A program made the translations under genes and the position numbers. A DNA stretch of 64,000 bases from Nitrosopumilus sp. (GTDB lineage Archaea > Thermoproteota > Nitrososphaeria > Nitrososphaerales > Nitrosopumilaceae): the NCBI GenBank assembly GCA_963662625.1, contig OY759726.1, positions 1,408,001 through 1,472,000 on the forward strand. The letters are read 5' to 3'. Every line of letters begins with the position of its first letter. The stretch's first letter is position 1. Below, in pieces: positions 57,587-64,000 of this stretch. The notes beneath the pieces are model-generated. The model searched no databases and was not told the origin of the DNA. It worked only from the letters and a program-made list of their open reading frames with translations.

Positions 57587-57826
57587 GGGTACCCTTGCGC
57601 GCCTGCGCCTATTAACCTGCCTGACGCGCCGCGCGGGATGGCGGGGCCCCCGGCATGCCGCGCGCCGCCGTCAGCAGCGGTCCATGCCGTCGTCGTCGGG
57701 ATCCCGCCGGCTGGGCCTGATCGGAACGTAAATCAGCTTCACGGATCACCTTGCAGCCGGTGCAAGATACGTTCCAAGGTCGCGAAAGTTTGCCCAATTG
57801 GTGAACGGTCGCAACCAAGCGCCGGC

Positions 57827-58306
57827 TCACCGGCCGGCGCCGCACTCCGCCCGGAGGGACCTGGCGGTGGCATAGTACGCCAGCAGCAGGACCGCGACGG
57901 CGGCGGCGCGGATCGGGATCTCGTGGTTGGAGAGGAACGCCGACGCCGCGGCCCCCGCCCCGCCGAACGTCGAGACCATCGCGAACCCCACCGGGCCGCA
58001 GCCGCACGCCCCCGAGGCGGAGCCCAGGACGGACCCCGCCACGCCCCCGCCGGCCCGCCGCCCCGATCCCCTGGCCGCCCTCATCCTGAAGACGTTCATC
58101 GGGATCACCAGCGCCGACAGGGCGCACAGGGCCAGGATCAGCGCGAGGCCGGCCTCCGAGCCCGGCGGCAGGCCGCCGGCCACGTACGGCTCGAGGAAGA
58201 CGTACCCGGAGGCGGCCAGCAGCCCGAGCGCCATCGCCGAGAAGATGGCCGAGGCCATCAGGGCGTACGCGGGCCTCGAGAACACGAGCCTTGCAGCGCC
58301 GGCCAT
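57827..58306 (-). CDS. membrane protein with CGC motif
   Basis: Four hydrophobic segments, GACGCGP; 1-bp gap after dsbA. Confidence 0.7.
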   Translation of the reverse strand: MAGAARLVFSRPAYALMASAIFSAMALGLLAASGYVFLEPYVAGGLPPGSEAGLALILALCALSALVIPMNVFRMRAARGSGRRAGGGVAGSVLGSASGACGCGPVGFAMVSTFGGAGAAASAFLSNHEIPIRAAAVAVLLLAYYATARSLRAECGAGR

Positions 58307-58307
58307 G

Positions 58308-58979
58308 CTACACCATGGAGTCGAGCACCATCTTGAAGGACGCGTAGGGCTGCGCGCCGACCAGGGTCTCAGCCCTGCCGTCCGGCCCGACTATGACGAA
58401 CGTGGGGGTGCCGGTGGCCCCGTGCCCGAGGGCCTGGTCCGTGTTGTACCTGACGCGGTCCGCGTGCTCGCCCGATCCCATGCAGCCGTCGAAGGCGCCC
58501 ATGTCCAGGCCGATGTCGAACGCGAACGCCCTGAGCCGCTCCCCGCCGGCCCAGCCGTTGTCGATCCGCGACTCCTGGGAGGAGTACAGCAGGTCGTGGT
58601 ACTCCCAGTACGCCCCCTGGTCGCCGGCGCAGTGGGACGCCTGCGCCGCGGGGCCCGAGTCCCTCCCGAGGAACGCCATGTCGACGAACACCAGGCTCGC
58701 CTTCCCCGGCTCGATGTACTCGCGCGTTATGGCCGGCTTCGTGTTGTGGAACCAGTTGTAGCACTGGTGGCACTGGTAGTCGCCGAACTCTATTATGGTG
58801 ACCGGCGCCGAGGGGTCGCCCAGGACGGGCGAGCCCATGGCGGTGGACACGCCGCCCGGCACCTCGCCCGCCTGGGGGCCGGGGCCGCCGGGGGGCGGCT
58901 GGTACGCGGCCGAGGCGGCTGCCGCCACCGCCACTACGGCGGCGACGGCCGCCACGACGGCGGCGCCCTTCTTGTTCAT
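58308..58979 (-). CDS. DsbA-family thioredoxin
   Basis: N-terminal anchor, G...APVTIIEFGDYQCHQC, GTPTF, GAQPY. Confidence 0.92.
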   Translation of the reverse strand: MNKKGAAVVAAVAAVVAVAAAASAAYQPPPGGPGPQAGEVPGGVSTAMGSPVLGDPSAPVTIIEFGDYQCHQCYNWFHNTKPAITREYIEPGKASLVFVDMAFLGRDSGPAAQASHCAGDQGAYWEYHDLLYSSQESRIDNGWAGGERLRAFAFDIGLDMGAFDGCMGSGEHADRVRYNTDQALGHGATGTPTFVIVGPDGRAETLVGAQPYASFKMVLDSMV

Positions 58980-59010
58980 GGCTGGTATTCCAGGGACTGG
59001 ACTAAAAAAC

Positions 59011-59205
59011 CTATTCGGGGCGGCCCCGGCGCCCCCTGAACAGGCCGAGCAGCCTGTCTATCGCGGTGTCTATCGGGCAGGCCTCGCAGGGGGCCGCGGG
59101 GGAATGGCCGCGCAGGTGCCTGTCAAACTCGCCCCTGGAGCCGAACACCCGGTCGCACGCCTGGCAGTAGACCTTGGTGACGGGGCTCTTGGGGGGCTTT
59201 TCCAC
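59011..59205 (-). CDS. small C2H2-type zinc-finger protein
   Basis: C..C...F......H...H plus CEACP. Confidence 0.65.
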   Translation of the reverse strand: MEKPPKSPVTKVYCQACDRVFGSRGEFDRHLRGHSPAAPCEACPIDTAIDRLLGLFRGRRGRPE

Positions 59206-59281
59206 AATTGGCAGTGCCGCCCAGTGCTTATAAAGAGTCCTGTCCGCGGATCCCCGGGGCGATCACGCGCGGGGCCGGCGG

Positions 59282-59650
59282 CTACAGGTAGTGCATCTTC
59301 TGGTGGTTCTGGTAGTCCACCTCGTACCTCGTGACGTACCCGCAGTGCGTGCACGAGAACATGTCTGACACCGGCTTGGCCTCCCTCTCGATGGCCTTCC
59401 CGGACAGCGACCTGATGGACACCTTGCCGCCGCCCGACACCACCGCGAAGTTGCCGCCCTCCCCGATCGAGTCGAGGAACTCCTTGATCGCCGACACCAC
59501 CACGGCGGCGTCGATCCCCTCGTCGTCGTCGAAGGACGACAGGGTGAACTCGTGGTTCTTCAGGGTGGGGATCGCGGCCACCTGGTCCGACACGTAGACC
59601 ACCAGCTCGTTCCTTATGGGCTCCACGTCCCTGCAGTCGACCCTGAGCAT
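59282..59650 (-). CDS. C2H2-type zinc-finger protein
   Basis: C-terminal FSCTHCG........NHQKMH; start ATG 59650. Confidence 0.75.
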   Translation of the reverse strand: MLRVDCRDVEPIRNELVVYVSDQVAAIPTLKNHEFTLSSFDDDEGIDAAVVVSAIKEFLDSIGEGGNFAVVSGGGKVSIRSLSGKAIEREAKPVSDMFSCTHCGYVTRYEVDYQNHQKMHYL

Positions 59651-59757
59651 ACCGTGGTGGGCGCGCCGACGGTATTTTAGTATAACACCGGCGCGCCCCC
59701 GCGGCGCGGGGAGGGGCCCGAAAATGATTATTAGCGGCGTGGCGCCCAACGTGGTGC

Positions 59758-60144
59758 ATGGGGGACTCTGAGACGTTCGGGGTGGAGAGCGGCCACGGCA
59801 GGGAGGTTGTCGAGTGGATGAACTCCCAGTCGGCCGAGAGGGGACTGAAACTGGAGGCGCGGCTGTACGGACACACGGTGTCCACGTCCAACTTCGGCGA
59901 CTTTGAGATGTTCTCGTGGATCGGCGACGCGCAGGCGGCCAGGAAGCTGGTGATCAGGGCCAGCAAGAGGTTCAGGGTAAGGGTGATAGAGGGCGGGTAC
60001 AAGCCAAAGGAGAGGGTGTTCCGCGTGAAGAAGTTCGACTACGGCAAGGTGCGCATGGGCGACAAGACCGTGGGGCAGATCGAGTTCGCCGCGTCCAGGA
60101 TCGGGGGCGGCAAGTGGGAGGTCAGCGATGAGGAGCGGCACTGA
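59758..60144 (+). CDS. conserved hypothetical protein
   Basis: 128-aa ORF, typical codon use, overlaps downstream dehydrogenase. Confidence 0.7.
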   Translation: MGDSETFGVESGHGREVVEWMNSQSAERGLKLEARLYGHTVSTSNFGDFEMFSWIGDAQAARKLVIRASKRFRVRVIEGGYKPKERVFRVKKFDYGKVRMGDKTVGQIEFAASRIGGGKWEVSDEERH

Positions 60145-61033
60145 GCCGGGCGGGCCGCCCGCCAGGGTGGGGATCGTCGGCGCCGGGATGCTGGGCAGCG
60201 CGGTGGGCGCGCGCCTGCTGGACTCGGGCGTCGGGCTCGCGGTGTACAACAGGACCGCGGAAAAGGCGGAGGCGCTGGGATCCAGGGGCGCCCTGGTGGC
60301 CGGCTCCCCACGGGAGGTGGCCGAGGCGTCAGACATCGTGCTGACCGTGGTGAGGGACGCCGGCGCGGTAAGCGAGGTCTCCTTCGGGAGGGGCGGGATC
60401 GTGGAGGGGCTCCACGACGGCCTGGCAGTCGCCGACATGAGCACCGTGAACCCGTTCGAGTCGAGGGGGATCTCTGCCAGGTTCGCGCGGCACGGGATCA
60501 GGAAGCTGGACGCCCCCGTGATGGGCGGCCCCAAGGCCGCCGCCGCCGGGGACCTGGCCGTGATGTGCTCCGGGGACAGGGAGGAGTTCGAGAGGTTCGA
60601 GCCGCTCTTCAGGACGATCGGCAGGGACGTGTTCTACCTCGGCGGGGACGGCGTGGCGCACTCCGTCAAGCTGGCCATGAACCTACAGATAGCGATGCTG
60701 GCGCTGTCGCTGTCGGAGGGGATCGTACTGGCGGAGAGGTCCGGGGTGGACCCGGAGGCGTTCCTGGAGGTGCTCAACTCCACGTACTTTAGCACCGGGA
60801 TGAGCCGGAACAAGGCCCACGGGATGGTCCGCCGGAGCCACGATCCCACGTTCACGCTGGAGAACCTCAAGAAGGACGTGTCGACGATGACGGAGACGGC
60901 CAGGGAGCTCGGGATCAGGCTCCCGATGACGGAGAGGGCCGAGGGCGTCTACGGGGACGCCGCGGACGGCGGGCTCGGCGGCGTGGACTATACCGGGATC
61001 ATCGAGCACGTGAGGAGGCTCAACGGGTACTGA
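60128..61033 (+). CDS. beta-hydroxyacid dehydrogenase (3-hydroxyisobutyrate/tartronate semialdehyde reductase family)
   Basis: GIVGAGMLG, YNRT, DMST, LDAPVMGG, VKLAMN, KKD. Confidence 0.9.
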   Translation: MRSGTEPGGPPARVGIVGAGMLGSAVGARLLDSGVGLAVYNRTAEKAEALGSRGALVAGSPREVAEASDIVLTVVRDAGAVSEVSFGRGGIVEGLHDGLAVADMSTVNPFESRGISARFARHGIRKLDAPVMGGPKAAAAGDLAVMCSGDREEFERFEPLFRTIGRDVFYLGGDGVAHSVKLAMNLQIAMLALSLSEGIVLAERSGVDPEAFLEVLNSTYFSTGMSRNKAHGMVRRSHDPTFTLENLKKDVSTMTETARELGIRLPMTERAEGVYGDAADGGLGGVDYTGIIEHVRRLNGY

Positions 61034-61195
61034 GGCGCGCCGGGGGCCCGGCGTCCCGCGGCGCGGGGGGCGCCGTGCAGGCCTTTCGCCGCGTCCTGGG
61101 GCCGCGTCCCGGGGCCGCAGGCCGCGGCGGCTTGGGGATCAGACCCCAAATAATAAATAAAACCAAGCCACAACCTTAATGGTATAGTGGAATAA

Positions 61196-62140
61196 TTGAG
61201 CGACCCCGATAAATCTAAAGACGCCGAAGACATCCTGTCCGAATTTAAATCAAAAAAATCCGAGCCCTCCCGGGAATCCGCCGAGGATCCCCCCGAGCCC
61301 GCGCCGTACGGTTCGCCTTCAGACCAGTCACCCGAGCCCGCACCGTACGGATCACCCTCAGACGATCCCCCCGAGCCCGCGCCGTACGGATCAACCTCAG
61401 ACCAGCCGCAAGAACCCGAGGGCGCCGCGCCCGACGATGCCGACGCGCGGCCCGAACCCCCGGCAGACGATCCCCCCGAGCCCGCGCCGTACGGATCGAC
61501 CTCAGACCAGCCGCAAGAACCCGAGGGCGCCGCGCCCGACGATGCCGACGCGCGGCCCGAACCCCCGGCAGACGATCCCCCCGAGCCCGCGCCGTACGGA
61601 TCGACCTCAGACCAGCCGCAAGAACCCGAGGGCGCCGCGCCCGACGATGCCGACGCGCGGCCCGAACCCCCGGCAGACGATCCCCCCGAGCCCGCGCCGT
61701 ACGGATCGACCTCAGACCAGCCGCAAGAACCCGAGGGCGCCGCGCCCGACAATGCCGAACCGCCAGCCGGGGAGGAGCACGAGCCGGTACCGGAAACCGC
61801 CGAGCCAGCGCCGGAGTCGCCCGGCGCGCCCGCGGAAGACGAGGCAAAACCCGCCGAGGATCGCGACGTCGTGTTCGTCGGGATCAAGCCGCTCATGACG
61901 TACGTCACCGCCACCCTGACGCAGCTCTCGACAAGGGAAACCGTCACCATCAAGGCCAGGGGCAGGAAGATAACCCAGGCAGTCGACATATCCCAGATGA
62001 TCGTAAAACGCATGAACACCGTGGGCTATTCCGTCGGCGACATCAGGATCTCGTCCGTGTCCCTCACCTCCAAGGACGGCAAGCAGCGCAACGTCTCCAC
62101 CATAGAGATCGACATAATCAACAGCGGCAACCTCGCGTGA
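61196..62140 (+). CDS. Alba DNA/RNA-binding protein with long acidic Pro-rich repetitive N-terminal extension
   Basis: C-terminal VFVGIKPLMTYV...IKARG..I..AVD...RNVSTIEI Alba domain. Confidence 0.9.
   Translation: MSDPDKSKDAEDILSEFKSKKSEPSRESAEDPPEPAPYGSPSDQSPEPAPYGSPSDDPPEPAPYGSTSDQPQEPEGAAPDDADARPEPPADDPPEPAPYGSTSDQPQEPEGAAPDDADARPEPPADDPPEPAPYGSTSDQPQEPEGAAPDDADARPEPPADDPPEPAPYGSTSDQPQEPEGAAPDNAEPPAGEEHEPVPETAEPAPESPGAPAEDEAKPAEDRDVVFVGIKPLMTYVTATLTQLSTRETVTIKARGRKITQAVDISQMIVKRMNTVGYSVGDIRISSVSLTSKDGKQRNVSTIEIDIINSGNLA
61361..61756 (+). repeat. 105-bp (35-aa) tandem repeat, about 3.75 copies
   Basis: Units at 61361, 61466, 61571, 61676 encoding DDPPEPAPYGSTSDQPQEPEGAAPDDADARPEPPA. Confidence 0.93.
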
Positions 62141-62260
62141 CCGCGGAGGACGGCCGCCCCGCTCCCGCGTCCTGCGCGACCCGAACCATTCCAGGCAGAT
62201 CCGCGCGCGCCGTGCGTGCCGGCGCCCGCGGCCCGCGCTGCGGCAGGGCCCGCCTGCTCG

Positions 62261-62905
62261 CTAGCCCGCCCCGGGAAGAAACGCGGCCAGCTTTGCAAAG
62301 TGCCCCGCGTACGCCTCCCTCGTCAGCCGCCGCCTCCCGCCGCCCCTTATCACGAAGGCCGGGTGCCACAGGGGCAGGACCGAGAACCTCCCGCCCTTCC
62401 TCACCCTCCCGAAGCCCTTCCCGGAGAAACCCGCGCCCAGCAGCGCCCTGGACGCCGTCAGGCCCAGGGTGACCACCAGCCTGGGCCTGATGATCTCCAG
62501 CTCCTTTTCCAGAAAGCCCGCGCAGTTGGCGATCTCGGCCCCGGTCGGCGGCCTGTTCGTCCCGTCCGCGCCCATGGGGCTGCAGCGCACCACGTTGGTG
62601 ACGTAGACCCGCCGCAGCGCGGGGCGCGTCGACTCCGGCCCGGACAGGCTCAGCCCCAGGCCGCGCAGCAACCCCTGCAGGAACACGCCGCTCCTGTCCC
62701 CCGTGAACGGCACGCCGGTCCGGTCGGCCCCAAGCCTCCCCGGGGCCTCCCCCACGATGAGGATCTCCGCGGCGGGATCGCCATAGCCTGCAACCGCCCG
62801 GCTCCTGGACTCCACGAGCCTCTCGCAGAGCGTGCACGAGCGGACCCTCCTCGCCAGGGCGTCCCTCCGCCTGGCCGGCGCCGCGTCCATGTCCTGTTCA
62901 GGCAT
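62261..62905 (-). CDS. uracil-DNA glycosylase (Fe-S, family 4/5)
   Basis: C..C..L, VGEAPG, TGVPFTGDRSG, TNVVRC.P..NRPP...EI.NC, LWHPA; start ATG 62905. Confidence 0.9.
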   Translation of the reverse strand: MPEQDMDAAPARRRDALARRVRSCTLCERLVESRSRAVAGYGDPAAEILIVGEAPGRLGADRTGVPFTGDRSGVFLQGLLRGLGLSLSGPESTRPALRRVYVTNVVRCSPMGADGTNRPPTGAEIANCAGFLEKELEIIRPRLVVTLGLTASRALLGAGFSGKGFGRVRKGGRFSVLPLWHPAFVIRGGGRRRLTREAYAGHFAKLAAFLPGAG

Positions 62906-63004
62906 GCGCGCCGGCACAAAAAAACCCTGCCTTCCGCGCGGCGGGCCGCCGCCGGCCGGACCCTTGGAGCCCCCAGCCGCCGTATGTCGGGCACGGGAGG
63001 AGGC

Positions 63005-63590
63005 ATGCCGGGACTCGGCGAAAAGATCGAGCCCAACAATGCGGGCAAGTCCATCCTGCCGCTGCTCGGTGCCAAGAACCGGGAACCCGTCCCGGGCCCG
63101 CCGCACCCCCAAAAAGAGGCGCTCCTACTGCCCGGCCTCTTTTCCTGACCCGACGTGGAAACTGACCACGTGCCATGCCTCTCGGGGCCACACGGCGACA
63201 TCGCGGCCCACGGGGAAGGGCAGCTTTCCACGTATGGCCTAGCGAACGCCAAGGCTGGCGAGACGAGTCTGGCCGGTGGCGGAGCAGGGGCGCGCCAGAA
63301 ACCGGTGGGCGGCGCGCCAAAAGGGCGCGTCAAGAAGATCGAGTAGTTCCAGGATCTCCTGGACGACCTGGCCAAAGGCGGGCTCCCGGCATTCACTTAT
63401 TTTGCATGCCCGCCCGCCGGGGGCCTGGAAAAGGAGCCGGCGGATCACAAGGGCGTGCTCCCAAAACGAAGGCGGCTCGCGGCCTCCCCCGGCAGGAAGG
63501 ACAAGCCGAGCGCGCAAAAGGCGGCACGGGCAGCCGGCCAAGGCCCGGAAGATTTCACACGCGGATTGGAACGGCGGGCCGACGAAGGCG
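63005..63590 (+). pseudogene. decayed antitoxin-like gene (YwgA/Panacea-like N-terminus + UPF0175-like HTH C-terminus)
   Basis: One frame with in-frame stops at 63146 and 63344: ILPLLG....PVPG...PQKEALLL...VPCLSGPHGD and LAASPGRKDKPSAQKAARAAGQGPEDF (cf. LAxSLYxxxKISxxKAAxIAGxxLEDF); family assignment by eye. Confidence 0.6.
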
Positions 63591-63673
63591 CTGGACGCCG
63601 CGGCGGCCTTCCTGCAACGCCGGCGGGCGGGCGCAATTTTTTTGTATGGCGGCGCCGCACGAAACCCGGTGGC

Positions 63674-63904
63674 ATGGACGGCAGGAGGGCGATAGCGCTG
63701 GCGGCGTCGGCGGTAGCCGTCTCGGCATGCGCCGCGCTCGCCCTCTCGTTCGGCTCCTGCGGGATCGCCCACGTCGAGATAACCGGCGGCCTGGCGTCCT
63801 ACGAGCGGGGCATGGATCCCGAGTCCTGCGAGGAGCTGCTGGACAGGATCTACGAGTTCAACGACGTGTGCGCCCCGCGCGTAGAGATAGTCGACTGCGG
63901 CTAG
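63674..63904 (+). CDS. small secreted/membrane hypothetical protein
   Basis: Hydrophobic N-terminus then a Cys-containing domain (76 aa). Confidence 0.6.
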   Translation: MDGRRAIALAASAVAVSACAALALSFGSCGIAHVEITGGLASYERGMDPESCEELLDRIYEFNDVCAPRVEIVDCG

Positions 63905-63913
63905 GGGCGGCCC

Positions 63914-64000
63914 CTACCCGTACATCAGGTCCTTGAGGTGCCGCGACTCCTCGTCGGCCTGCCTGATGGCCCTCTCGGCCTTCTCGGCCTCCCTCTGGAG
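63914..64000 (-). CDS. C-terminus of a CDS entering from beyond the window
   Basis: LQREAEKAERAIRQADEESRHLKDLMYG-stop. Confidence 0.55.
   Translation of the reverse strand, partial: LQREAEKAERAIRQADEESRHLKDLMYG

Noticed and set aside
57670-57745. 23-codon minus-strand ORF (MKLIYVPIRPSRRDPDDDGMDRC)
   Set aside because: Too short and has no recognisable motif; cannot be supported from the sequence alone.

Overview
High-GC archaeal chromosome segment from a Nitrosopumilaceae-like thaumarchaeote (Nitrosopumilus-type 16S, hemL next to a 16S-23S operon without linked 5S, thaumarchaeosortase, cofC/cofD, TFB, Alba). The high GC and giant eukaryote-like repeat proteins suggest a host-associated lineage, which is an inference. 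The core backbone includes purN, tRNA-Val with a non-canonical intron, rpl40e, sucCD, a Dps-like ferritin, ileS, folD, msrA, secG, aIF1, tfb, RNase P RNA, a GGR-family reductase, dinB, nreA, dsbA, Alba and UDG. An accessory island at about 11.7-29.5 kb carries a divergent PIN nuclease / CARF-like-wHTH pair with an operator palindrome, two giant FG-GAP + DUF285 surface proteins with near-identical C-termini, and decayed IS110 and ISH3 elements. The most unusual signal is that four independent dead or decaying genes (IS110, ISH3-like, IS5 and an antitoxin-like pseudogene) are degraded almost entirely by A:T->G:C transitions. This points to a GC-driving mutational process, the opposite of the usual AT bias.
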